Of a DNA stretch of 64,000 nucleotides, positions 43,775 through 54,617 are shown one piece after another. The stretch is taken from assembly GCF_029227855.1 (NCBI RefSeq), contig NZ_CP074356.1. One strand, 5' to 3'. Numbering within the stretch: position 1 is the stretch's first letter; every line of letters begins with the position of its first letter. Under the pieces are notes generated by a model. It worked only from the letters and a program-made list of their open reading frames with translations, did not search any database and had not been told where the DNA came from. The stretch comes from Escherichia coli (GTDB taxonomy: Bacteria; Pseudomonadota; Gammaproteobacteria; Enterobacterales; Enterobacteriaceae). A program made the translations under genes and the position numbers.

Positions 43775-45919
43775 TTAAAGTGCACAGGAGACGCAGCCTT
43801 CAATTTCAGTGCCTTCCAGCGCCATCTGACGCAGGCGGATGTAATAGAGCGTTTTGATACCTTTGCGCCAGGCGTAAATCTGCGCTTTGTTGATATCGCG
43901 AGTGGTGGCGGTATCGGGGAAAAACAGCGTCAGCGACAGCCCCTGATCGACATGGCGAGTCGCTTCCGCGTAGGTGTCGATGATCTTTTCTGCGCCAATT
44001 TCGTAAGCGTCCTGATACAGCGCCAGATTCTCGTTAGTCATAAACGGGGCAGGGTAGTAAACGCGTCCTGTTTTGCCCTCTTTGCGTATCTCTACTTTCG
44101 CCACAATCGGATGAATACTCGACGTAGCATGGTTGATATAAGAGATGGAACCGGTTGGCGGCACCGCCTGGAGATTCTGGTTGTAAATGCCGTAGCGCAT
44201 CACGTCGTCGCGCAGCTGCGCCCACATCTCACGGGTAGGTAACGTAATACCGCTACGGGTAAACAGTTCGCCAACTTTCGCCGTTTTCGGCTGCCAGTTC
44301 CCTTGCAGATATTGGCTAAAATATTCACCACTGGCATAGCGTGACTGTTTGAACCCGGCGAAGGTTTCACCGCGTTCGCGCGCCAGCAACATCGAGGTAC
44401 GCAGTGCGTGCCAGGTGATGGTATAGAAATAGAGATTGGTGAAATCCAGTGCTTCCGGCGAACCATAAGCGATGCCTTCTCGCGCCAGATAGCCGTGTAA
44501 ATTCATCTGCCCCAGTCCGATGGCGTGTGAGGCGGCATTTCCGGCTTCGATGGACGGCACGCTGCGGATATGACTCATATCTGACACCGCCGTTAAACCG
44601 CGCACGGCAGTCTCTACCGTGCGGGCAAAGTCGGGGGAATCCATGGTGTGGGCAATATTCAACGAACCTAAATTGCAGGAAATATCATGGCCTGTGCGGG
44701 CATAGTCGAGATTCTCGTCATACTCTGAGGCGCTGTTAACCTGCAAAATTTCTGAGCAGAGATTGCTCATATTTATGCGCCCGGCGATAGGGTTAGCACG
44801 GTTAACCGTGTCTTCATACATGATGTAGGGATAGCCGGACTCAAACTGGATTTCTGCCAGTCGCTGGAAGAAATCACGGGCGTTGATGTATTTTTTGCGG
44901 ATGCGTTCATTGGCAACCAGTTCGGCATAGTGTTCACTGATGGCGATATCAGCAAACGGCTTGCCATAAACCCGCTCAACGTCATAAGGCGAAAACAGTG
45001 CCATCTGCGCATTCTCTTTTGCCAGATGGAAAGTAATATCCGGGATCACCACGCCCAGCGACAGTGTTTTAATGCGGATTTTCTCGTCGGCATTTTCCCG
45101 TTTCGTATCGAGATAACGCAGAATATCGGGATGATGGGCATGTAAATAGACTGCGCCAGCACCCTGACGCGCGCCGAGCTGGTTGGCATAGGAAAATGCG
45201 TCTTCCAGCATTTTCATCACCGGAATCACGCCAGAGGATTGATTTTCAATACGTTTAATTGGCGCCCCCGCTTCCCGCAGATTCGACAGCAAAAATGCCA
45301 CGCCGCCGCCGCGTTTCGACAGTTGCAGTGCGGAATTTACCGCCCGGCCAATCGACTCCATATTGTCTTCAATACGCAGCAAAAAACAGGAAACCAGTTC
45401 GCCGCGCTGCTGCTTACCACAGTTGAGGAATGTCGGTGTTGCAGGCTGAAAGCGTCCTGACAGCATCTCATCAGTGAGCTGCGCCGCCAGTGTTTCATCG
45501 CCTTGTGCCAGCGTCAGCGCCACCATCGTGACGCGATCGGCAAAATCTTCCAGATAACGCTTACCGTCGAATGTCTTCAACGTATAGCTGGTGTAAAACT
45601 TCCATGCTCCGAGGAATGTCTGGAAACGAAACCCGCTGGCGTGCGCGTGGGCAAACAGCGTAATGACAAAATCGCGAGAGTAGCGATTAAGGACACTTTC
45701 ATCATAGTAACCTTCGTTAACCAGCCAGTTCAGGCGCTGCTGCTGGCTACTGAAGGCCACACTGTTCGGACGCACATGCGTCGCAATAAAGGCGTCAACG
45801 GCCTGGCGGTCTTTATCGAACTGAATGCGACCTGCGCTATCGTAAAGGTTAAGCATCGCATTCAGAGCGTGATAATCCATCGTTTCCTGCGTCAGGCGTT
45901 CTACGGTTGTCGTTGCCAA
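43775..45919 (-). CDS. nrdE: Class Ib ribonucleotide reductase alpha subunit
   Basis: 714 aa, recognised. Confidence 0.95.
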   Translation of the reverse strand: MATTTVERLTQETMDYHALNAMLNLYDSAGRIQFDKDRQAVDAFIATHVRPNSVAFSSQQQRLNWLVNEGYYDESVLNRYSRDFVITLFAHAHASGFRFQTFLGAWKFYTSYTLKTFDGKRYLEDFADRVTMVALTLAQGDETLAAQLTDEMLSGRFQPATPTFLNCGKQQRGELVSCFLLRIEDNMESIGRAVNSALQLSKRGGGVAFLLSNLREAGAPIKRIENQSSGVIPVMKMLEDAFSYANQLGARQGAGAVYLHAHHPDILRYLDTKRENADEKIRIKTLSLGVVIPDITFHLAKENAQMALFSPYDVERVYGKPFADIAISEHYAELVANERIRKKYINARDFFQRLAEIQFESGYPYIMYEDTVNRANPIAGRINMSNLCSEILQVNSASEYDENLDYARTGHDISCNLGSLNIAHTMDSPDFARTVETAVRGLTAVSDMSHIRSVPSIEAGNAASHAIGLGQMNLHGYLAREGIAYGSPEALDFTNLYFYTITWHALRTSMLLARERGETFAGFKQSRYASGEYFSQYLQGNWQPKTAKVGELFTRSGITLPTREMWAQLRDDVMRYGIYNQNLQAVPPTGSISYINHATSSIHPIVAKVEIRKEGKTGRVYYPAPFMTNENLALYQDAYEIGAEKIIDTYAEATRHVDQGLSLTLFFPDTATTRDINKAQIYAWRKGIKTLYYIRLRQMALEGTEIEGCVSCAL

Positions 45920-46302
45920 AATTCGGTTACTCCTTTACGAACGTTTTCGATATCGCTTTGCGTACCCATGAGTTCAAAGCGGTACAGCCACGGCACGCCG
46001 CATTTCCGGGCTATCACATCTCCGGCGCGGCCATACGCCTCACCAAAGTTGCGATTACCCGAAGCAATAACGCCGCGCAGCAACACCCGGTTGTGCTCGT
46101 CGTTTAAAAAGTGAATGACCTGTCGTGGCACTGCGCCAGCCGTACCGCCGCCGCCGTAAGAGGGCACGATCAGGATGTAAGGCTCGTCTACCTGAATCCG
46201 TTCCCGCTCATTGAGCGGGATGCGCACCGCGGGCAGTCCTAAACGTTCGATAAAACGCTGCGTATTTTCGGAGCTACTGGAGAAGTAGACGAGCTGGCTC
46301 AT
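45901..46302 (-). CDS. nrdI: Flavodoxin-like RNR activator NrdI
   Basis: 133 aa, recognised. Confidence 0.9.
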   Translation of the reverse strand: MSQLVYFSSSSENTQRFIERLGLPAVRIPLNERERIQVDEPYILIVPSYGGGGTAGAVPRQVIHFLNDEHNRVLLRGVIASGNRNFGEAYGRAGDVIARKCGVPWLYRFELMGTQSDIENVRKGVTEFWQRQP

Positions 46303-46544
46303 GCACTGGCCGCGTGTGGTGCTGGATGCAGACGGTTGATCATGTCCGGGCGGAAGCCAGACCAGCTAAGATCGCCAGCAATCACTACCGGCAACTGACG
46401 AAAGCCCTGAGCACGCAGCGCTTCTGCCGCTTCAGGAACGCGATCGACATTAATCATTTCAAAATCAAAGCCCCGGTTTTCCATCGCCCGTTTGGTGGCG
46501 TGGCACTGAACGCAATCGTTACGAGTGTAAATAGTAATGCGCAT
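46299..46544 (-). CDS. nrdH: Glutaredoxin-like protein NrdH
   Basis: 81 aa, CVQC redox motif. Confidence 0.93.
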   Translation of the reverse strand: MRITIYTRNDCVQCHATKRAMENRGFDFEMINVDRVPEAAEALRAQGFRQLPVVIAGDLSWSGFRPDMINRLHPAPHAASA

Positions 46545-46738
46545 GATTCGTATTTCCGTTTAAAATGAAGATACGGCGCGATGATACGCGTCGGGTTGTC
46601 TCTCTGTTGATACAGAGATACTAGATGTAGTTGAAAAAAGATTCAACCATACAATATATAGCAAATAGTGGTCGAAATTACCCTGGGTATGAGCGTGACG
46701 GGGTAGGGGGATTTTTGTGATTCACCAGGCAAAAAGAA

Positions 46739-46761
46739 ACCCCGAAGCCAGGCTTCGGGGT
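46739..46761 (-). terminator. Intrinsic terminator downstream of ygaM (accccgaagcc-a-ggcttcggggt followed by T-run on minus strand)
   Basis: 11-bp perfect stem; aaaaa at 46731-46735 on plus strand. Confidence 0.7.
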
Positions 46762-46791
46762 CAAAGACGCGTATTTATTATCATTATTGCA

Positions 46792-47121
46792 CTACGATTT
46801 GCGCATGCTTAACAGTGCGCCGATAAAAATACCTACCGCAGCTGCTGTACCCACGCTACACCAGGGTCTTTCACGAACAAAAGAATCCGCGCAGCCAACG
46901 GCATCACGCGCGGCTTGCTGGACGCGAGTACGACCATGCATTCGCGCCCTGGTTTCTTTCAGTAGAGCCTGCGCTTTACTGCGTGCGGCTTTAGCTTCCC
47001 CTTTAGCGTCGCTGCCCCAGGACTTCAACACAGATTCGAGGCTGTCAGCTAATTGATTGACATCATTCTGGATATCCTGCACGCCATCATCAACGTCGTT
47101 GCGGTTCGGTCGGTTAAACAT
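46792..47121 (-). CDS. ygaM: ElaB/YqjD-family membrane-anchored ribosome-binding protein
   Basis: Recognised; start chosen at MFNRPNRND. Confidence 0.85.
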   Translation of the reverse strand: MFNRPNRNDVDDGVQDIQNDVNQLADSLESVLKSWGSDAKGEAKAARSKAQALLKETRARMHGRTRVQQAARDAVGCADSFVRERPWCSVGTAAAVGIFIGALLSMRKS

Positions 47122-47272
47122 ATGATCCCCCATTAGAATTCGATGTAATTTTCAGTGTAGACCATAATTTTCTTAACTGAGGTTCATCGCGGCTTTATGG
47201 ACTTTTCTGAAAGCGTTGTGAATGCGCAATCAGGTAAGGTAGGCCCGCGGTTGATAATAACGAGGATCAAAT

Positions 47273-47617
47273 ATGTATTTACGACCAGACGAGGTGGCGC
47301 GCGTACTTGAAAAAGTCGGTTTTACTGTCGATGTGGTAACCCAGAAAGCGTATGGTTACCGCCGTGGGGAAAATTATGTCTATGTTAATCGTGAAGCACG
47401 AATGGGACGTACCGCCCTGGTAATTCATCCAACATTAAAAGAACGTAGTTCGACACTGGCTGAACCCGCTTCCGATATTAAAACTTGCGATCATTACCAG
47501 CAATTTCCGCTCTATTTAGCGGGTGAACGTCATGAGCATTACGGTATCCCCCATGGCTTTAGTTCGCGTGTTGCGCTTGAACGTTATTTGAATGGTTTAT
47601 TTGGCGAAGCCAGTTAA
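47273..47617 (+). CDS. ygaC: Uncharacterised protein YgaC
   Basis: 114 aa, recognised; divergent from ygaM. Confidence 0.85.
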
Positions 47618-47653
47618 AGACGCGACTGGCGATGCCAGTCGCGAAAAGAAGGC

Positions 47654-48103
47654 TCAGGCTTTTACCTGCTGGTAACGGCTGACTTTAAACAGTCGGCGGC
47701 AATAATCGAGGAAGTAGCCATAAACCGCCCCCATCAACATCGAAACAACGATGTTTGAACTGACCGCCGCCATAATCTGATGCCAGTCTGCGCCCACCAC
47801 TAACAAGATCGCCACATACACCGGTGACTGGAACGTCACATAAGCCATGATATCCGCCAGATTTTTTATCCAGCCCGACGGGCTAACTTTGCGTGCTGCG
47901 CGCATAAACAGATCGCGGTACATACCGTATGGCCATGCAATTAAGATGTTCACCGGAATCGCTACCAATCTGGAATAAAAAGATTGTTCGAAGCTCATTC
48001 CGGAGAGGAAAACTTCAATACACATGTTCACGACAGAACAGTAAACAACCATCGCGAACGTATCTGCAACTGCATGACGCAAGCGTGACTGCGGTGAGAA
48101 CAT
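47654..48103 (-). CDS. alaE: L-alanine exporter
   Basis: 149 aa membrane protein, recognised (ygaW). Confidence 0.88.
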   Translation of the reverse strand: MFSPQSRLRHAVADTFAMVVYCSVVNMCIEVFLSGMSFEQSFYSRLVAIPVNILIAWPYGMYRDLFMRAARKVSPSGWIKNLADIMAYVTFQSPVYVAILLVVGADWHQIMAAVSSNIVVSMLMGAVYGYFLDYCRRLFKVSRYQQVKA

Positions 48104-48770
48104 GCTAATGCTCCTTAATAAAGGCGTAATGGGATGTTAATGGAGATGAAAGCAGTGGATCTCATTGCCATCTGCATTTTCGCATAGCGTATATCGCTGG
48201 CCATGACTAATCAATTAGTGAAAAATTTTTATTTAGTCAGTTTTTGTAGATAAAATATTCCGTAACGGCGCGTTTTTTGTACATTGTGGATTTTTACATG
48301 CCGATATGATTTATTTTTAATTAAATCAATTAGATATGGGCTTACCTTTAATTTCACTAATGAAAGTTTGGGGGTGAGGTAACGCTATAAGCGTAGAGAA
48401 TTCGGTGTATGTCGTGACCGGGTCATTTTCAGCATTTTTTATGCCAGACAATGTACATTAACAGCAGAAAGCACCAGTGAGGGACGTTTTCTTTTATTCA
48501 GTTTAATTGCATTTTTATTCTCTTTGGTTTTGTCGGGCTTGCGGAATTAGCGAGCAGAGAGCGCCGCTCTGCTCACCAATAACCTAAATTACTCATCAAA
48601 ATGGCTAATATATAATCTTGAAATTATTCTGAGAGTTTCAGAAAATAACAGCTGAAATAATCTCGCGCAGGACTGTAAATAGATTAAATTTTGTGGAAAT
48701 ATAATAAGTGATCGCTTACACTACGCGACGAAATACTTTTTTGTTTTGGCGTTAAAAGGTTTTCTTTATT

Positions 48771-49175
48771 ATGTCCGTAATGTTACAAAGTTTAAATAAC
48801 ATTCGCACCCTGCGTGCGATGGCTCGCGAATTCTCCATTGACGTTCTTGAAGAAATGCTCGAAAAATTCAGGGTTGTCACTAAAGAAAGACGTGAAGAAG
48901 AAGAACAGCAGCAGCGTGAACTGGCTGAGCGTCAGGAAAAAATTAGCACCTGGCTGGAGCTGATGAAAGCTGACGGAATTAACCCGGAAGAGTTATTGGG
49001 TAATAGCTCTGCTGCTGCACCACGCGCTGGTAAAAAACGCCAGCCGCGTCCGGCGAAATATAAATTCACCGATGTTAACGGTGAAACTAAAACCTGGACC
49101 GGTCAGGGCCGTACACCGAAGCCAATCGCTCAGGCGCTGGCAGAAGGTAAATCTCTCGACGATTTCCTGATCTAA
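48771..49175 (+). CDS. stpA: H-NS paralog DNA-binding protein StpA
   Basis: 134 aa, recognised. Confidence 0.95.
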   Translation: MSVMLQSLNNIRTLRAMAREFSIDVLEEMLEKFRVVTKERREEEEQQQRELAERQEKISTWLELMKADGINPEELLGNSSAAAPRAGKKRQPRPAKYKFTDVNGETKTWTGQGRTPKPIAQALAEGKSLDDFLI

Positions 49176-49221
49176 TTACTGAGGCCGGATGCCGCCGCTA
49201 TGGCGCGTCCGGCGTCGCTTC

Positions 49222-49746
49222 TCAAGCTCGTTGGTTCCACGGCATCTTACCTAACAACCTTGCCATCCCACAAAAACCGCTAATTCCTGCAAACAGTAAC
49301 CCGGCACCAACAAAGCCGCTTAATAAGAAGAAACCGCTATTTACGGTATAACCTAGTATAACTCCGATTAATATTAAACCACCCGCAGCGATCTGCACCT
49401 GGCGCATTAACGGCAAGGGTTGAGATTTATTTACCGCTACTGGTAATCCTGCTTTTTTCCAGCCATCAATCCCATCTTCGAGTAAAAAGATTTCTGCGGG
49501 GGCGGCAATCGCTGCTAATTTATCGGCGTTATTACTGGTGCGTTTACCTGCCTGGCAGTGGAATATAATTTGCTCGTGACGTAATTTAGCCGGAAGACCT
49601 GACTGTTCCAGCACGGATAATGGAGCCAGATCTGCTTCAGGAATATGCTCACGAAGATATTCATCAGCGTCACGAATATCGATTAACTTTGCGCCGCGTG
49701 CGATTAATTCTTGTGCATCATGCGGCGAAATGGTTGTCAAAGCCAT
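49222..49746 (-). CDS. ygaP: Membrane-anchored rhodanese (thiosulfate sulfurtransferase)
   Basis: 174 aa, rhodanese domain with active-site Cys (FHCQAGKR) and C-terminal TM helices. Confidence 0.88.
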   Translation of the reverse strand: MALTTISPHDAQELIARGAKLIDIRDADEYLREHIPEADLAPLSVLEQSGLPAKLRHEQIIFHCQAGKRTSNNADKLAAIAAPAEIFLLEDGIDGWKKAGLPVAVNKSQPLPLMRQVQIAAGGLILIGVILGYTVNSGFFLLSGFVGAGLLFAGISGFCGMARLLGKMPWNQRA

Positions 49747-49755
49747 AGTGACTCC

Positions 49756-50055
49756 TTACGGACAATAGACATTTTTCAGGGTGGCGATAATGGCATTTAC
49801 CGCCTCATTTTTAATGGAATATAGAATGCGTTGGGCATCCCGTTGGCTGTCGATAAGCCCTTCGTCCCGCATACGAGCGAGATGCTGTGATGTCGCAGAG
49901 GCACTCAGTCCGGTAATGCGCGTCAGCTCTCCCGCGCTGGTGCCGGGGGAACCGCTAAGCATGCACAGAATCAGCAACCGTTTAGGGTGGCTCATTGCTT
50001 TCAATAAGGCCGCTGCCTGTTCGGCACTGGCCTGCAATTGCGCGAGTTCAGTCAT
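49756..50055 (-). CDS. ygaV: ArsR/SmtB-family transcriptional regulator
   Basis: 99 aa HTH regulator co-oriented with ygaP. Confidence 0.88.
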   Translation of the reverse strand: MTELAQLQASAEQAAALLKAMSHPKRLLILCMLSGSPGTSAGELTRITGLSASATSQHLARMRDEGLIDSQRDAQRILYSIKNEAVNAIIATLKNVYCP

Positions 50056-50237
50056 AGTTATTTAAGCATTTTCTAAATTAAGAAAACTCTAAACTAAGAA
50101 TGCAACATATACCAGCCTCAGCAGCGTAAATGAGAGTAAAAGCGTAGGCTGAAACTGGCAGGCTCCGCTAAAATTACTACGCTTAAGAGATAAAATCTCT
50201 TTTTAAACAATGAGTAATTTTCTTATAGGGAGTACAT

Positions 50238-50396
50238 ATGGGTTTCTGGAGAATCGTCATCACCATCATTCTGCCGCCGCTCGGCGTGCTGCTCGGTAAA
50301 GGGTTCGGTTGGGCGTTCATTATTAATATTCTGCTGACACTGCTTGGGTATATCCCCGGTTTGATTCACGCTTTCTGGGTGCAAACCCGCGATTAA
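50238..50396 (+). CDS. yqaE: UPF0057/Pmp3-family small membrane protein
   Basis: 52-aa ORF MGFWRIVITIILPPLGVLLGKGF... read directly from sequence; below the ORF-track length cutoff. Confidence 0.85.
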   Translation: MGFWRIVITIILPPLGVLLGKGFGWAFIINILLTLLGYIPGLIHAFWVQTRD

Positions 50397-50479
50397 ACCT
50401 GTCCTCACCCCCGCGGCGTTAACGCGCCGCGTTCCTCTGCTACACTTTCTGAGTGTTTCCGTTAACGAATGAGGTAGCT

Positions 50480-50929
50480 ATGGGTCTGTTCAATTTTGTG
50501 AAAGATGCCGGAGAAAAACTCTGGGACGCGGTTACAGGTCAGCACGATAAAGACGATCAGGCGAAGAAGGTGCAGGAGCATCTGAACAAAACCGGTATAC
50601 CTGATGCCGATAAAGTGAACATTCAAATCGCCGACGGCAAAGCGACGGTCACGGGTGATGGCCTGAGTCAGGAGGCAAAGGAGAAAATCCTTGTTGCGGT
50701 GGGAAATATTTCCGGTATTGCCAGTGTCGATGATCAGGTGAAAACGGTGACACCAGCCACTGCCAGCCAGTTTTATACCGTTAAGTCTGGCGACACTTTG
50801 AGTGCCATTTCCAAACAGGTCTACGGTAACGCCAATCTGTACAATAAAATCTTCGAAGCGAATAAACCGATGCTCAAAAGCCCGGATAAAATTTACCCGG
50901 GGCAAGTGTTGCGTATTCCTGAAGAGTAG
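50480..50929 (+). CDS. kbp: Potassium-binding protein (BON plus LysM domains)
   Basis: Recognised (ygaU); start chosen at MGLFNFVKD. Confidence 0.9.
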   Translation: MGLFNFVKDAGEKLWDAVTGQHDKDDQAKKVQEHLNKTGIPDADKVNIQIADGKATVTGDGLSQEAKEKILVAVGNISGIASVDDQVKTVTPATASQFYTVKSGDTLSAISKQVYGNANLYNKIFEANKPMLKSPDKIYPGQVLRIPEE

Positions 50930-51592
50930 TTAATTGCCAGCCATTGCCTGCTGGATAATGGGAATTGGCGTCAGTAAATGCTGGCGCATTAACTCACTGG
51001 CGCGCGCGGTATCTCGCGCCAGTACCGCCGCAGTCAGGGTCTGGTGCTGATCGCGTTTATCTTCCAGCATTTCCACCGAAAGCACTGTTCGCCGCAGCCA
51101 GATAAATCGATAGCGCGCCGCCAGATCAAACAACCGTTCACGCATTTGCAGCAAATAGTGAGAACCACAGCCCGCCACAATTGCCGTATGAAACGCCTGA
51201 TGACGCAGATCCCACTCATCAAGCATTTTCTCACTGGCGTCACAGGCCTCCAGCTTACTGAGCAGATGCGCTTTTGCGAGAACGTCTGCCTCCCATTCAT
51301 CGCCACCGCGGGCAATCGCCAGACTGACCAGCATCGCTTCCATATTGGCGCGGGCGTCGAAAATATCGAGCAGCTCCTGCTCTGACATAGACGCCACCCG
51401 ATACCCTTTTTGATTCACCACCGTGACCAGTCGTTCTGCTACCAGTTGCGAAAGCGCTTCCCGCAACGGCCCAACGCCAAGTGCATAACGCGATGTCAGC
51501 AAACTCATCCGTAATTTTTCATCCGGTTGAAAGTTTCCGCGAATAATATCGTTCTTCAGCCAGCGATAGCCATCCAGAGACGTAATGGTCAT
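50930..51592 (-). CDS. csiR: GntR-family repressor CsiR
   Basis: Recognised; start chosen at MTITSLDGY. Confidence 0.88.
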   Translation of the reverse strand: MTITSLDGYRWLKNDIIRGNFQPDEKLRMSLLTSRYALGVGPLREALSQLVAERLVTVVNQKGYRVASMSEQELLDIFDARANMEAMLVSLAIARGGDEWEADVLAKAHLLSKLEACDASEKMLDEWDLRHQAFHTAIVAGCGSHYLLQMRERLFDLAARYRFIWLRRTVLSVEMLEDKRDQHQTLTAAVLARDTARASELMRQHLLTPIPIIQQAMAGN

Positions 51593-51612
51593 GGTGTGAC
51601 TCCTGATCATTA

Positions 51613-53013
51613 TTAGCGCGTATTATGAACGGGTGTTTTTTGCCACAATACCAGCTTTTTCCAGCGAGCCATAATTGGCACGGTACAGATTATCCCTATC
51701 GCTAATAAACCGGTGGAGATCACTTCTAACTGTTGCGCCGGGCGGAATAGCATCACTACCAACACAAAGGTTATAAAACCGATGACCAGCCAGGTGAGCC
51801 ACGGATAAAGCCACATCCGCAGGCGAATTTCGCTTCCTTCTGCTCGCAGAATTTTGCGCATCCGCAATTGTGAAACGGCGATGACTAAATAAACCAGCAG
51901 GGCGATAGCGCCGGAGCTATCGATCAGAAATTTAAACACTTTCGCAGGTGCGTAATAATTCACCACCACCGTTAAAAATGCCGCACCGGTCGAGAGTAAT
52001 ACCGCCACATACGGGGTTTTACTGCGGTTGATTTTACCCATTACCGCGGGAGCATCACCGCGACGGCTTAAGGAGTAGAGCATTCTGGAAGCGGTATACA
52101 GCGCCGAGTTCAGGCAACTGGTTACGGAAAGTAATATCACGCAGTCCATGATTAATTTCGCATGGGGAATATTGAGCAACTCCAGAACCGAGCGATAAGA
52201 TCCAACGGCTTTCAGCCCCGGCATATTCCACGGTATTAATGCCACCACGACAAAAATAGAGCATAAATAGAAGATAGAAATACGCCAGATAACCGAGTTG
52301 GTGGCGCGGACAATATGTTTTTCCGGCGTGTCAGATTCCGCGGCGGCAATGGTGACAATTTCTGCGCCCATAAACGAGAACATAGTGATCAACATCGCGC
52401 TTAATACCGCACCGAAGCCGTTGGGCATAAAGCCGCCGCTATCCCACAATCTTGAGATCCCGCTCACTTCGGCATAAGGGTAAAAACCGCTAATTGCGAC
52501 TGCACCAAGGAAAATAAAGGCCAGGATAGCGATGACTTTGCACAGCGCCAGCCAGAATTCAAATTCGCCGTAGTTTTTAACGCTTAATAAATTACTGCCA
52601 GTTAAGGCGAGGGTAATGACGAGGGAAAATAACCAGATGGGAATGCCTGGAACCCACGAGTGCAGGATCATGGCGGCGATGTTGGCTTCCAGCGGGATAA
52701 CCAGTACCCAAAACCACCAGTACAGCCAGCCGATGGTATAACCCGCCCAGCGGCCAATTGCCTTGTCGGCATAGGTGGAAAACGAACCCGTGTCGGGCGT
52801 GGCAACCGCCATTTCCGCCAACATCCGCATAATCATAACCACCAGTAATCCGGCGAACAGATAGGCCAGTAATACCGCCGGGCCCGCTTCGGCGATGGCG
52901 ACGCTGGAACCGACAAACAGACTTGCGCCGATAACACCGGCAATAGACAACATGGTGACGTGGCGTGACTTCAGCCCGCCGCCTAACTCATGTGGTTGCG
53001 ATGATTGCCCCAT
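51613..53013 (-). CDS. gabP: GABA permease (APC family)
   Basis: Recognised; start chosen at MGQSSQPHEL (ORF track extends 29 codons upstream). Confidence 0.92.
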   Translation of the reverse strand: MGQSSQPHELGGGLKSRHVTMLSIAGVIGASLFVGSSVAIAEAGPAVLLAYLFAGLLVVMIMRMLAEMAVATPDTGSFSTYADKAIGRWAGYTIGWLYWWFWVLVIPLEANIAAMILHSWVPGIPIWLFSLVITLALTGSNLLSVKNYGEFEFWLALCKVIAILAFIFLGAVAISGFYPYAEVSGISRLWDSGGFMPNGFGAVLSAMLITMFSFMGAEIVTIAAAESDTPEKHIVRATNSVIWRISIFYLCSIFVVVALIPWNMPGLKAVGSYRSVLELLNIPHAKLIMDCVILLSVTSCLNSALYTASRMLYSLSRRGDAPAVMGKINRSKTPYVAVLLSTGAAFLTVVVNYYAPAKVFKFLIDSSGAIALLVYLVIAVSQLRMRKILRAEGSEIRLRMWLYPWLTWLVIGFITFVLVVMLFRPAQQLEVISTGLLAIGIICTVPIMARWKKLVLWQKTPVHNTR

Positions 53014-53150
53014 CCTGAATCCTCTCGAAAGTGTGTCACTTGGGAGAGCGCCCCGACATTTCCCGCGTCGGGTCACGCGTGTAATTGAGACGGTCAACAA
53101 AATCTTAAAAACGAAAGCGGGATGGTTTTCTCCTTCTCCCTCAGGGATAG

Positions 53151-53230
53151 GGCCGGGGGAGGGGTTAGTCGCGTTTTTTACCCCTCACCCTAACCCTCTC
53201 CCCAGAGGGGCGAGGGGACTGTCCGCAGTC
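53151..53230. repeat. GC-rich intergenic repeat with nested palindromes between gabP and gabT
   Basis: ggccgggggaggggttag...cccctcaccctaaccctctcccc agaggggcgaggggactgtccgc; shares a 19-20 nt core with the hairpin at 12396-12414. Confidence 0.5.
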
Positions 53231-53323
53231 GTTTTTAACTTTGTCGTTCGCCTCATCGTTATTATTTTTTACTGCATCGTTATCATTCCCTTAGCAACGG
53301 TTAACTCTTACGAACGGACATGA

Positions 53324-54604
53324 CTACTGCTTCGCCTCAGCAAAACACTGGCTGATGATCTCCAGACCCTGACGGATCTGAGCGTCTTCAATGGTGAGCG
53401 GTACAAGGATGCGCAGCACGTTGTAATACGGGCCGCAGGAGAGAAGAATCAGGCCCTTATCGCGGGCGCGCGCCACGATCTCGGCGGTGAGTTTTGCGTC
53501 CGGTTTGCTGTGATCGCCATCTTCAAACAGCTCGATGGCGATCATCGCTCCCAGCCCGCGTACGTCGCCGATCTCAGTATGTTTTTCGGCTATCGCCAGC
53601 AATCCGTCTTTCAGTTTCTGCCCCAGATCGTTGGCTTTTTGTAGCAGATTTTCCTGCTCAAACACCTTCAACACTTCCAGCGCAGCCACGCAGGCAATCG
53701 GGTTACCCGCATAGGTGCCGCCCAGACCGCCTGGAGCGACGGCATCCATCACTTCCGCGCGCCCGGTGACGCCCGCCAGCGGGAAGCCGCCCGCGATCGA
53801 TTTCGCAAAGGTGGTAAGATCCGGCGCAACGCCCATCTGCTCCATCGCAAACAGCGTGCCGGTACGCCCCGCGCCGCTCTGCACTTCATCGGCAATCAGC
53901 ATGATCCCGTGCTCGTCACACAGCGCGCGTAAACGCTGCATAAAGGCTGGCGTCGCGGCGTAGAAACCGCCTTCGCCCTGAACCGGCTCAATCACGATGG
54001 CGGCGATATCTTCCGGCGCAGCGTCATTTTTAAAGATCCGGTGGATGCTGGCGATAGCGTCATCTTCACTGATGCCGTGCAGCGGGCAAGGATAAAGCGC
54101 GCGATAAACGTGCCCAGGCATCAGTCCCATGCCCGCAGAGTACGGATTCACCTTGCCGGTCAGCGCCAACGTGTAGTGCGTACGCCCGTGATACGCGCCG
54201 CTAAAGGCGATGGTCCCGTTGCGTTTGGTGGCGGCGCGGGCGATTTTCACCGCGTTTTCCACCGCTTCGGAACCTGTGGTGACCAGCAGCGTTTTCTTGG
54301 CAAAATCGCCTGGCACCTTCTGATTCATAATCTCGCACAGCTCCAGATACGGCTCGTAGGCCAGCACCTGGAAGCAGGTGTGCGACAGCTTTTTCAACTG
54401 CGCTTCCACCGCCGCAACCACTTTCGGATGCAGGTGCCCGGTATTGAGCACCGCAATGCCGCCCGCGAAATCAAGATACTCACGGCCTTCAACGTCCCAC
54501 ACCCGGCAGTTTTCCGCGCGGTCAGCGAAAATGGGGTGAATTTGCCCAACGCCACGGGGAATCGCCTGACTGCGGCGCTGCATTAACTCTTTATTGCTGC
54601 TCAT
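53324..54604 (-). CDS. gabT: 4-aminobutyrate aminotransferase
   Basis: 426 aa, recognised PLP enzyme. Confidence 0.95.
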   Translation of the reverse strand: MSSNKELMQRRSQAIPRGVGQIHPIFADRAENCRVWDVEGREYLDFAGGIAVLNTGHLHPKVVAAVEAQLKKLSHTCFQVLAYEPYLELCEIMNQKVPGDFAKKTLLVTTGSEAVENAVKIARAATKRNGTIAFSGAYHGRTHYTLALTGKVNPYSAGMGLMPGHVYRALYPCPLHGISEDDAIASIHRIFKNDAAPEDIAAIVIEPVQGEGGFYAATPAFMQRLRALCDEHGIMLIADEVQSGAGRTGTLFAMEQMGVAPDLTTFAKSIAGGFPLAGVTGRAEVMDAVAPGGLGGTYAGNPIACVAALEVLKVFEQENLLQKANDLGQKLKDGLLAIAEKHTEIGDVRGLGAMIAIELFEDGDHSKPDAKLTAEIVARARDKGLILLSCGPYYNVLRILVPLTIEDAQIRQGLEIISQCFAEAKQ

Positions 54605-54617
54605 TCGCGTTCTCCAG

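Noticed and set aside
50223-50408. 61-aa minus-strand ORF
   Set aside because: The plus strand at the same place encodes the recognised 52-aa YqaE membrane protein (50238-50396), which falls below the ORF-track cutoff.
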